From: Methanobacteriota archaeon
Lineage (GTDB): Archaea; Thermoplasmatota; Poseidoniia; Poseidoniales; Thalassarchaeaceae
DNA: 64,000 nucleotides
Assembly (NCBI GenBank): GCA_018650285.1
Contig: JABIGF010000002.1
Coordinates: forward strand, 57,991 to 121,990
Reading direction: 5' to 3'
Part shown: piece by piece, positions 56,205 to 63,679 of the stretch
How the letters are laid out: the number at the start of each line of letters is the position of its first letter
How positions within the stretch are numbered: the stretch's first letter is position 1
Position numbers and translations under genes: made by a program
Notes under the pieces: generated by a model
What the model saw: the letters and a program-made list of their open reading frames with translations, nothing else
Told to the model about the DNA's origin: nothing
Databases searched by the model: none

Positions 56205-56296
56205 CAATTATTAAAAAACGGGAGATAGTTAATATACCGAATCACATCGTAGGATTACAACCGAGTAAGGGATGCACGGAAAGAGAGGGAAAAAAA

Positions 56297-56908
56297 ATGA
56301 CAGATGAATCATTCAGAATACAAGAGCTACTTCAACGAGAAGTATATGTTAAACAAACACGCGTTGGAGTAATAGTTGGTGAGAGATATCACCCGAACGA
56401 GGATAGAGTACAATCACTACGACTTCTGGTTGAACCAGGTGTTGCAGATGAATTCATGCGCAAGCCGGCAGAATACGCCCCACTATCAAAGGAACTTTTG
56501 CACAGCATACAATCAGATGGAAGTGTAAAACTTTCAAAGTCAATGAGAGAATTACAACGAAGGTGGAGAAATACGGTTCGCATCGATGAAAAATTATACG
56601 CCCCAGATGAATTAGTTGATCGCGCGGTGTTGGACACCCAGGGAGAAGACCTCGGAGTCGTAGTTGGACTTGTAAAAATAAAGCGCACTTACAGAGGTGT
56701 GCGAGTCAAAGCACGCGGAAACTTACGCAGGCGTTACAGACTAGAAGGTGCTGAAATCAATATTCCAGTTCAATTCCTAGCACGTACAAGCCCACGCTTA
56801 GATGAGATTATTCTCTCACGCACTTTTGAAAAACTAATGGGTTTGCCATCATATCTAAAGCTAAACTCTGGCGATATTAATGAAGATGACTTCGAAGAAG
56901 AAGAATGA
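56297..56908 (+). CDS. Tandem PRC-barrel domain protein
   Basis: 203 aa. Two halves each fit the PRC-barrel pattern: LLQREVYVKQTRVGVIVGERYHP...LRLLVE...APLSKELLHSIQSDGSVKLS, and LVDRAVLDTQGEDLGVVVGLVKIK...VRVKA...NIPVQFLARTSPRLDEIILS. Ends ...EDDFEEEE. Confidence 0.5.
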   Translation: MTDESFRIQELLQREVYVKQTRVGVIVGERYHPNEDRVQSLRLLVEPGVADEFMRKPAEYAPLSKELLHSIQSDGSVKLSKSMRELQRRWRNTVRIDEKLYAPDELVDRAVLDTQGEDLGVVVGLVKIKRTYRGVRVKARGNLRRRYRLEGAEINIPVQFLARTSPRLDEIILSRTFEKLMGLPSYLKLNSGDINEDDFEEEE

Positions 56909-56960
56909 TTTCTTCATCGGAACCGTTTAATTGAGTTCCTCGGTGGCGCTGCTCACCCGA

Positions 56961-57035
56961 GGGCGGGTAGCTTAGGTTGGTTGGAGCACCCGGCTGATAA
57001 CCGGGAGGCCGCAGGTTCAAATCCTGCCTCGCCCA
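56961..57035 (+). tRNA. tRNA-Ile (anticodon GAU)
   Basis: Cloverleaf folded by hand. Acceptor GGGCGGG/CTCGCCC (one G-U), D arm GCTT/GAGC, anticodon stem CCCGG/CCGGG with loop CTGATAA (anticodon GAT), variable AGGCC, T arm GCAGG-TTCAAAT-CCTGC, discriminator A. 75 nt, with no encoded CCA and no intron. Confidence 0.9.
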
Positions 57036-57166
57036 CTCCGTTGCTTTCAAAGAGGCAAGAGGCTTGCTTATACACAAATTATCCATAGTTTTGTAATTCC
57101 TGAAATTTCTTCATCACGCGCAAATAACATGAACAGGCTTCGGGTCGGAGGGGTTGAGGGGAGCAC

Positions 57167-58111
57167 CTGCCAGTAGTCTCAGGAAGTATCGACGGCGCGT
57201 TAGCCGCAGCACTTGCCAAGAAGATAGGTTGGGAACACCATGCACTTGTCGCACGTCGTTTTCCTGACTCAGAAGCATACGTCAGGGTCCCTACAGAAAG
57301 TATTGCAGCAGTACGTTCAGAACCTGTTGTAGTGGTTGCAACTACGTTCCCTGATGAAGGGATTGTTGAAGCACTGTTAATGCTAGAGGCAATTCATGAT
57401 GTTCGTTCAGGTAATCTTCAAAATTTGATGGGAGAGGGGCCTGAAACACTAGATGATGTTGGGCCAGGAATATTTCTTGCAGTACCATATTTTGGATACA
57501 GCCGCCAGGATAAGAGATTTCAGCAAGGAGAAGTCATCTCAGCATCTTTGATTGTTCGCCTATTAGCAAGGCATATTGACGGATTAATTGTCCTTGACCT
57601 ACACGCCCCATCAGTTCTTGATGATCTTGAAACCCCAGTTGAGTTTGTTAGTGCAATGCCAGAGATTGCAGCCCATCTTGAATCTGAAGTGAATCCTGAT
57701 TTTATTCTAAGCCCAGACAAGGGGGCGATTGAGCGGGCCTCTCATGTAGCCAATCTTATTGGTTGTAAATTCTCATATCTAGAAAAAACAAGGATTGATG
57801 CACACACAATTCAACATAAGCCAAAAGACTTGGATGTCAAAGGAGCCGTTGTTGCAATTGTTGATGATATGATTAGTACAGGAGGCACCATTTGCAAAGC
57901 TAGTGATGCTCTAATCTCACAAGGAGCAAAAGAAGTACATGCCGCGTGCACCCATGGATTGTTCACAGGAGGGGCAATAACTCGGCTTGACGACCATGTT
58001 AATGGCGTCCATGCTACTGATTCAATTGCAAGAAATCCCCGCGCTCTAGTCTCCTCCGCTGCCGCCCTTGCGCGAGGGATTGAAGCGCTCCGTGAGCGCC
58101 TAAATCTCTAA
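57167..58111 (+). CDS. prs: Ribose-phosphate pyrophosphokinase (PRPP synthase); start codon unresolved
   Basis: The ORF track begins at a GTG (57332), but the same frame upstream reads (L)PVVSGSIDGALAAALAKKIGWEHHALVARRFPDSEAYVRVP... This is the conserved Prs N-terminus (compare M-x-VVSGS...RFPDxExYVR). The frame opens after a TGA at 57155 and has no ATG/GTG/TTG before 57332. CTG at 57167 is the only near-cognate at the expected position. Downstream motifs: YSRQDKRF, DLHA, SPDKGA, VDDMISTGGT. Confidence 0.8.
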   Translation: MPVVSGSIDGALAAALAKKIGWEHHALVARRFPDSEAYVRVPTESIAAVRSEPVVVVATTFPDEGIVEALLMLEAIHDVRSGNLQNLMGEGPETLDDVGPGIFLAVPYFGYSRQDKRFQQGEVISASLIVRLLARHIDGLIVLDLHAPSVLDDLETPVEFVSAMPEIAAHLESEVNPDFILSPDKGAIERASHVANLIGCKFSYLEKTRIDAHTIQHKPKDLDVKGAVVAIVDDMISTGGTICKASDALISQGAKEVHAACTHGLFTGGAITRLDDHVNGVHATDSIARNPRALVSSAAALARGIEALRERLNL

Positions 58112-58151
58112 GCAGTCAAACGAATGACCATCGCCAGCACCATACGGTGCG

Positions 58152-58157
58152 TTTATA
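58152..58157 (+). promoter_or_regulatory. Candidate TATA box (TTTATA) for the rpl7ae-rps28e-rpl24e operon
   Basis: TTTATA lies about 46 nt upstream of the ATG at 58203. A GGAGG Shine-Dalgarno-like element is at 58187-58191. Confidence 0.3.
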
Positions 58158-58202
58158 CGGACCACGCCCTCGCCGTGCCATCCTACAGGAGGAGTGAATC
58201 CT

Positions 58203-58586
58203 ATGAGCGTACATATTGATTTTGAGACACCGGCAGAAGTGCAGGATAAAGTCTACGAGTTTGTGAAGAAGATCGGAAAGGAGGGCGGAAGCCACTTCAA
58301 GAAGGGAATGAATGAGGTCATTAAGGTCTGCGAGCGTGGTGATGCCAAGCTTGTTATCATGGCTGAAAATGTCAACCCTGGCGAAATGATGATGCCAATT
58401 CCACTAATTTGCAAGGAACGTGGAATCCCTTTCATCTATGTAAATGACCAAACTTACCTTGGAGAAGCAGCAGGACTACCATCCGGCCGCCCAACTTCAG
58501 CTATCGCCATCATGGAGATGGATGGTGGCTCACAAGAAGATTTCAACAACATTGTTTCATCTGCTAAAGAACTAGCAGGCAACTGA
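58203..58586 (+). CDS. rpl7ae: Ribosomal protein L7Ae (eL8), K-turn binding protein
   Basis: MSVHIDFETPAEVQDKVYEFV...FKKGMNEVIKVCERGDAKLVIMAENV.P.E......LC.ERGIPFIYV. A classic L7Ae pattern. The ATG at 58203 is preferred over the GTG at 58194 because of the upstream GGAGG. Confidence 0.9.
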   Translation: MSVHIDFETPAEVQDKVYEFVKKIGKEGGSHFKKGMNEVIKVCERGDAKLVIMAENVNPGEMMMPIPLICKERGIPFIYVNDQTYLGEAAGLPSGRPTSAIAIMEMDGGSQEDFNNIVSSAKELAGN

Positions 58587-58597
58587 GGTGATTTTAG

Positions 58598-58813
58598 ATG
58601 GCAGACGGTTGGCCAGCAGAAGTCGTCGAGATTGTCGGACGAACCGGCATGACTGGTGAGGCGACACAAGTCAAAGTGCGTGTTAATGATGCACCTAACC
58701 CTCGTGACGTTGGTAGAATTATCACTCGTAATGTATTGGGACCTATTCGAATAGGCGATATTCTGATGCTCAGAGATACTGGTCGTGAAGCTCGTAAACT
58801 TGGAGGCCGATAA
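58598..58813 (+). CDS. rps28e: Ribosomal protein S28e
   Basis: 71 aa. [23 protein letters not shown]...[30 protein letters not shown]. Confidence 0.95.
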   Translation: MADGWPAEVVEIVGRTGMTGEATQVKVRVNDAPNPRDVGRIITRNVLGPIRIGDILMLRDTGREARKLGGR

Positions 58814-58814
58814 T

Positions 58815-59006
58815 ATGCCTGAGAGAAGAGTTTGTACATTCAGTGGCGAAGAGATTGAACCTGGCACAGGAACAATGTTTGTTCGTAGAGACGGCACTGT
58901 TCTTTGGTTCCGCAGCAGTAAAGCGCGCAAGAACATGGTGAATCTCAAGCGAAATTCCCGAAAAGTAAAGTGGACCCGACACTATGTGAAGGGCGGTATT
59001 CAGTGA
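58815..59006 (+). CDS. rpl24e: Ribosomal protein L24e
   Basis: Start at the ATG 58815, 1 nt after the S28e stop. MPERRVCTFSGEEIEPGTGTMFVRRDGTVLWFRSSKARKN. The longest ORF starts at 58785 inside rps28e. Confidence 0.9.
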   Translation: MPERRVCTFSGEEIEPGTGTMFVRRDGTVLWFRSSKARKNMVNLKRNSRKVKWTRHYVKGGIQ

Positions 59007-59133
59007 AATTCTAATTTTCACATTAACTACCATCAATAAACTCTAATGAGTATATTTGTAGTGATAAATTAATCATTATTCTGCAATTGCACAAGCGTTT
59101 TGCTTAAAATGGGGAGGCTGCACGGCCGCTTCA

Positions 59134-59592
59134 GTGAGTAGTATGCAGACGACCTTCGTAATGGTGAAACCCGATGGGGTACAGCGTGGATTAGTAGGAG
59201 ATATTATCAAGCGATTTGAGCAAAAAGGGCTCCGTTTAGTAGGATTGAGACAATTAGTTCCTTCAACAGAACTTGCCTCCACACACTATGCAGTCCACTC
59301 AGAACGTCCATTCTATCCCGGTCTACTAAAATTCATCACATCTGGACCAGTTGTAGCGATGGCATGGAGAGGAGTTGACGCCATCAGTGTGGCTCGAAAC
59401 ATCATCGGGCCAACAAACGGGCGTGAAGCAGGGCCAGGAACTATCCGCGGAGATTGGGCTATGGACATCGGCCACAACATCATTCACGGCAGTGATGGTG
59501 AAGATACGGCTGAGTTTGAACTTGGCCTCTGGTTCCCAGAAGGCACCATTGAATGGACACGCTTAGCAGAAGAATGGGTTTATGAAGGCTGA
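59134..59592 (+). CDS. ndk: Nucleoside diphosphate kinase
   Basis: 152 aa. TFVMVKPDGVQRGLVG, RPFY, IRGD, and the active site NIIHGSD. Confidence 0.95.
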   Translation: MSSMQTTFVMVKPDGVQRGLVGDIIKRFEQKGLRLVGLRQLVPSTELASTHYAVHSERPFYPGLLKFITSGPVVAMAWRGVDAISVARNIIGPTNGREAGPGTIRGDWAMDIGHNIIHGSDGEDTAEFELGLWFPEGTIEWTRLAEEWVYEG

Positions 59593-59618
59593 ACGAAATT
59601 ACAATTCAAAGGGGCAGG

Positions 59619-61433
59619 GTGTTATGCATGACAAATCGAAGACAGCCAATTGTTGCAGTCCTTGGACATGTTGATCATGGAAAGACTAGCCTTCTTGACC
59701 ATATTCGTTCTCTTGGAAGTGACAGGCAATCATCAGTCATGGCACGAGAGGCTGGTGGCATCACTCAACATATCGGAGCGACTGAAGTACCCTCAAAAAT
59801 TCTCAACGAACTCTGTTCCCCATTGATGGGTGGCAAAAATTTTGACTCGCCCGGTCTCCTCTTTATTGACACACCTGGGCATCATTCTTTCTCCACTCTA
59901 AGAGCACGTGGCGGCTCACTTGCAGATATCGCAATTCTTGTAATTGACTTAGTAGATGGTTGCAAACCTCAAACCTTGGAATCAATGCGGATATTGCGCC
60001 AAGCAAAAACTCCGTTTGTTGTAGCCTGCAATAAAGTAGACAGAATCCATGGTTGGAGATCTGAGAGAGGTAGAGCGATGGCACTCTCTTTGCGCCAACA
60101 AAATAAGGATGTCATGGCTCTTTTTAATCAAAAATATTGGCAATTAGTAGGTCAATTTGGTGAACAAGAATTCAATCTAGAAAGATATGACCAAATTACA
60201 GACTTCACGAAAAACATTGCTTTAGTTCCTTGCTCTGCTAAAGAGGGAGAAGGGATTCAAGACCTATTGGCGGTAACAATTGGTTTGGCTGAAAAATTCC
60301 TTGCAGAACAGCTATCTGACATTGAGGGTAGCGCGGAAGCAACCGTTCTTGAGATGAAAGAGGAAAGAGGATTAGGTAAAACACTAGACATCATTCTCCA
60401 CCGTGGGACACTAAACAAGGGAGATGAGATTTCAGTAGCCACTCCAAATGGGCCACTTATTACAAAGATTAAGGGGATGTTTTCTCCACGAGGAATGTCT
60501 GAAATGCGAGATGCTGGTGACCGATGGGATTCAGTCAATACAGTAACTGCTGCGGCTGGATTGAAATTGAGCGCCCCCGATATTGACTCAATATTGGCTG
60601 GAACTACATTACGAGGAATCCCTGATGATGAGTCACGAGATGCAATCTTGGCTCTAACATCTGAAGAATGTGAAATCTCAATTGACTTAGATGAAGAAGG
60701 AATTGCTATCAAAGCCGATACCCTTGGTGGATTGGAAGCGCTAGCATTTGAAATCCGAGGAATGAAAAATGCTGCTGGGGAACCACGGGACATCAAAATT
60801 CGCTCAGCAACTATTGGCCCAATCACTCGCAAAGACATCAGAAGTGCAGAAATCTCTGATGACCCGTATGAAAAAGTCATCTTGACCTTTAGTTCTGGTA
60901 TTCTACCTGAAGCACAAGCCGAACTAGACCATGACGACTGCAATGTATTGCACATTGGCTCAGATATCATTTATCATATCCTTGAGAAATATGATGAATG
61001 GATTGATGATACTAAAAAGAGGCTTGAAGAAGAAAGTCGCGAAAATGTTATCCACCCTGGAAAAATTCTCATTATGGAAGACCACATCTTCCGCCGTTCC
61101 GGACCTGCTGTTGTAGGAGTAAAGGTTCTAGGTGGGAGAATTCAGGTTGGACAGAGATTATTGACACTTGCCGGAGAAAGAGCGGGCAGAGTAAAATCAA
61201 TTCGTGATGGCGACCATATTCTTAGTGAAGCGATGCAAGGGGATGAGTTGGCTGTCGCCATTGAAGGTATCACAATTGGTCGTGGAGTTGATGAAGAAGA
61301 TGTACTACTCGTTGACGTACCAGCGTCACATGTGCGTAAATTGCGTAAATTAAATATTTCAGCGATTGAAGATGAGATTCTTACAGAAATTATCACAATT
61401 CACCGTAAAGAAGACCACTTTTGGGGCCGTTAA
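59619..61433 (+). CDS. infB: Translation initiation factor aIF5B (IF-2 family GTPase)
   Basis: 604 aa. G1 GHVDHGKTSLLD, G3 DTPGH, G4 NKVD, with domain II-IV pattern. No intein-sized insertion. Confidence 0.95.
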   Translation: MLCMTNRRQPIVAVLGHVDHGKTSLLDHIRSLGSDRQSSVMAREAGGITQHIGATEVPSKILNELCSPLMGGKNFDSPGLLFIDTPGHHSFSTLRARGGSLADIAILVIDLVDGCKPQTLESMRILRQAKTPFVVACNKVDRIHGWRSERGRAMALSLRQQNKDVMALFNQKYWQLVGQFGEQEFNLERYDQITDFTKNIALVPCSAKEGEGIQDLLAVTIGLAEKFLAEQLSDIEGSAEATVLEMKEERGLGKTLDIILHRGTLNKGDEISVATPNGPLITKIKGMFSPRGMSEMRDAGDRWDSVNTVTAAAGLKLSAPDIDSILAGTTLRGIPDDESRDAILALTSEECEISIDLDEEGIAIKADTLGGLEALAFEIRGMKNAAGEPRDIKIRSATIGPITRKDIRSAEISDDPYEKVILTFSSGILPEAQAELDHDDCNVLHIGSDIIYHILEKYDEWIDDTKKRLEEESRENVIHPGKILIMEDHIFRRSGPAVVGVKVLGGRIQVGQRLLTLAGERAGRVKSIRDGDHILSEAMQGDELAVAIEGITIGRGVDEEDVLLVDVPASHVRKLRKLNISAIEDEILTEIITIHRKEDHFWGR

Positions 61434-61517
61434 TGGATGAAACATCGTTGAAGTTTAAACCCCCAACCCTTAACTACGAATCGGTGCGGTCACTATCCTG
61501 TAAGTAGAGGGATAACC

Positions 61518-62510
61518 ATGCAGACGACAATGGGGGGTGACGGGCGTACTCGTGATTTGATTGCAACCGTTAGCGCGATTTCAAATGGATTGATGAATGA
61601 AGTTTCAAAAGTCATCATCGGAAAACAAGAGAATCTACGTAAGGTTACTGTCGGTATTCTTTCAAACGGAAATATGCTTTTAGAAGATTTTCCGGGACTA
61701 GCAAAAACGCTTCTTGCAAACACCTTTGCACGTGCATTAGGCTGTAAATTCAAGCGTGTTCAATTCACTCCTGACTTGCTACCATCCGATATCATGGGAA
61801 CCTACATGTACGACCAAAAAGCGGGAGAATTCAAACTCCGCCCTGGTCCTTTGTTCTCCAATATTCTACTTGCTGACGAGATTAACCGTGCGCCACCAAA
61901 GACGCAAGCGGCTCTGCTAGAAGCAATGGAAGAGAAGCAGGTGACAATTGAGGGTATCACCCATAAGTTGCCAGCACCGTTCGTTGTGCTTGCAACACAA
62001 AACCCAATTGAGCAAGAAGGTACCTATCCACTTCCTGAAGCACAAATGGACCGTTTCTTGATGAAGATGTCAATGGGTTACCCAGACCGTTCAGAAGAGA
62101 AAGCAATTCTTGCCCGCAGAAAATTACGAGGAAAGGACGACCACGATGTTCAACAAATTACCTCACCAAAGAAAGTGGTTGCTATGCAGAAGGCTTTGGA
62201 GACAGTCCATATTGACCCGGCAATTCTTTCCTATATTGTTGAAGTTGTTCAGCGAACTCGTGAAGACCACCGAGTTATCACCGGAGCATCTCCACGTGCA
62301 AGTCAGTCACTGTTCAAGACTGGACGAGCAGCAGCAGCAATTGATGGACGTGACTATGTGATTCCTGATGACATCAAGAGTGTCGCACTGCAGATCATTA
62401 GCCACAGAATCGTGCTCAAGCCTGAAGCAAAGATTCGAGGTATTACTGGAATGCACATTACTCGCAAAATTCTCTCAGAAGTGCCTGTCCCAGTTATCCA
62501 AACTGCTTGA
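61518..62510 (+). CDS. MoxR-family AAA+ ATPase
   Basis: 330 aa. LLEDFPGLAKTLLA (MoxR-type Walker A), RVQFTPDLLPSDIMG, LLADEINRAPPKTQAALLEAMEE (Walker B / sensor), ATQNPIEQEGTYPLPEAQMDRF. Confidence 0.9.
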   Translation: MQTTMGGDGRTRDLIATVSAISNGLMNEVSKVIIGKQENLRKVTVGILSNGNMLLEDFPGLAKTLLANTFARALGCKFKRVQFTPDLLPSDIMGTYMYDQKAGEFKLRPGPLFSNILLADEINRAPPKTQAALLEAMEEKQVTIEGITHKLPAPFVVLATQNPIEQEGTYPLPEAQMDRFLMKMSMGYPDRSEEKAILARRKLRGKDDHDVQQITSPKKVVAMQKALETVHIDPAILSYIVEVVQRTREDHRVITGASPRASQSLFKTGRAAAAIDGRDYVIPDDIKSVALQIISHRIVLKPEAKIRGITGMHITRKILSEVPVPVIQTA

Positions 62511-62610
62511 AGGCGGCACCCTTGATTTATGGTCTGGTGGCGCACATTCAATCGCTTAACTGATTAAGGTTCAAAGCAGGCCCCGTATTCATAAGAGGCG
62601 GCGGCGAGAG

Positions 62611-63591
62611 ATGGACCCATACAAAATGGTCATTGCGTGTACCAACCAGAAGGGAGGTTGTGCAAAGACTACTACTGCAGTTAACCTTGCAACTGCACTC
62701 GCAGAAGGTGATTCTTCAAGAGGGATTGAACCTGCTAAGGTACTCCTAGTTGACCTCGACCCTCAAGGAAATGCCTCTACCTCATTTGGCGTTGATAAAA
62801 GCAAGTTGGGAAGAACTGTGTATGACCTATTGATGAATGATTTGGGTGAAGAACTTCCTGTCTTAGAAGAATATCTAATTGGACCAGAAATGATTACGGA
62901 TTATATGATTGAAGCTTGGAAAAATCAAAACCGCTATGAGAAAAATGAGAACAAGCGGCCCAAGAAACCACCAAAGCGATTGAAAGTTGAAAATCTTTGG
63001 TTACTACCATCAAATATTCAGTTATCTGGTGCTGAAATTGAATTAGCCACAAGAATTGGGCGTGAAACTCGCCTTAAGGAAGGGCTTGCTTCTGCAATCC
63101 ATGAATTTGACTACATCATTATTGACACGCCACCAAGCCTAGGTCTGTTGACTATCAACGCCTTAGCTGCTGCAAACTGGGTGTTAATTCCTGTTCAAAC
63201 AGAATATTATGCGCTTGAAGGCATGAGCCAGTTGATGAATTCAATCAAATTGATTCAAAGAAGAATCAACCCTCATCTCAAATTATTTGGAATCGCACTA
63301 ACAATGTATCAAAGATCAAATCTTTGTAATGTTGTTTCTTCAGAAGTTCGAAAACACTTTACAAAACAAGTATTTGGGACAATGATTCCTCGTATCATTT
63401 CAATTGCAGAAGCGCCACTTGAAGGGGCACCGGTTGTTATTCTCAAAAGACCGAATAGAACAAACAAGGGTTCGCAAGCATACTGGTCACTTGCAAAAGA
63501 GGTGTCTGACCGCGTTAAGAAATTACGTCGTAAATATGGTGTAAATGAAACAAGCCGCCTGAAGATGCACCGAATAAAAGAGTTAGAATAA
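62611..63591 (+). CDS. ParA/Soj-family partition ATPase (SegA-like) with a ~45 aa basic insertion
   Basis: 326 aa. Deviant Walker A NQKGGCAKTTTAVNLA, LLVDLDPQGNAS, IIIDTPPSLG, and the IPR...EAP... pattern. Insert: EYLIGPEMITDYMIEAWKNQNRYEKNENKRPKKPPKRLK. Confidence 0.85.
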   Translation: MDPYKMVIACTNQKGGCAKTTTAVNLATALAEGDSSRGIEPAKVLLVDLDPQGNASTSFGVDKSKLGRTVYDLLMNDLGEELPVLEEYLIGPEMITDYMIEAWKNQNRYEKNENKRPKKPPKRLKVENLWLLPSNIQLSGAEIELATRIGRETRLKEGLASAIHEFDYIIIDTPPSLGLLTINALAAANWVLIPVQTEYYALEGMSQLMNSIKLIQRRINPHLKLFGIALTMYQRSNLCNVVSSEVRKHFTKQVFGTMIPRIISIAEAPLEGAPVVILKRPNRTNKGSQAYWSLAKEVSDRVKKLRRKYGVNETSRLKMHRIKELE

Positions 63592-63679
63592 TCTGACTTT
63601 TTGTACGACGGGATTACTACAATCCCCTCAAAACCTTGACTTTTCTGTATAGTAGAACCGTTATCCTTCTATAGATGTC

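Larger units (their letters stand above)
55709..56296. other. Anomalously long (588 nt) AT-rich non-coding region with ORB-like dyad + G-rich repeats in inverted arrangement (candidate replication origin or complex regulatory/ncRNA locus)
   Basis: It is the largest gap in the window by about 4.5-fold and has no ORF of 60 aa or more. There are 4 exact CAATTG sites (55833, 56039, 56162, 56194) and several TAATTG/CAATTC variants. Three copies of ATTATCCGSC..YCCAAT(T/A) are present, one inverted. A perfect palindrome ATCCAATTGGAT lies at 56159..56170. Confidence 0.6.

Noticed and set aside
56877-57086. 69 aa minus-strand ORF
   Set aside because: It lies entirely antisense over the tRNA-Ile gene (56961..57035) and its flanks. 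It is an artefact of the tRNA sequence.
56961-58111. tRNA-Ile as an integration site for a mobile element
   Set aside because: No integrase is adjacent, and the downstream genes (prs, ribosomal proteins, ndk, aIF5B) are core genes in a conserved archaeal order. I did not notice a duplicated tRNA 3' end, but I could not scan exhaustively.
57036-59133. C/D box sRNAs in the gaps flanking the L7Ae operon (57036..57166 and 59007..59133)
   Set aside because: A GTGATGA (C-box-like) string exists on the minus strand near 57109..57115. No correctly spaced CTGA D box or C'/D' pair could be found, and there is no convincing candidate in the other gap.
60257-60970. Long antisense ORFs inside strongly supported genes (237 aa in aIF5B; also 28222..28731 in lhr, 47827..48414 in ubiD, 31126..31551 in folC, 36667..37119 in the biotin carboxylase, 18074..18472 in the S2P gene)
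   Set aside because: Each overlaps a gene that has unambiguous family motifs on the other strand. They have Ser/Arg/Pro-rich low-information sequence typical of shadow frames.
59619-61433. Inteins in aIF5B, UvrB or Lhr
   Set aside because: The gene lengths and collinear motif order leave no intein-sized insertion. The UvrB inserts are short, low-complexity linkers without intein block motifs.
61518-62510. MoxR Walker A reads PGLAKT rather than GxxGxGKT, suggesting a possible inactive ATPase
   Set aside because: From memory, the P-G-L-A-K-T variant is common in bona fide MoxR-family ATPases. Walker B and the sensor motifs are intact.
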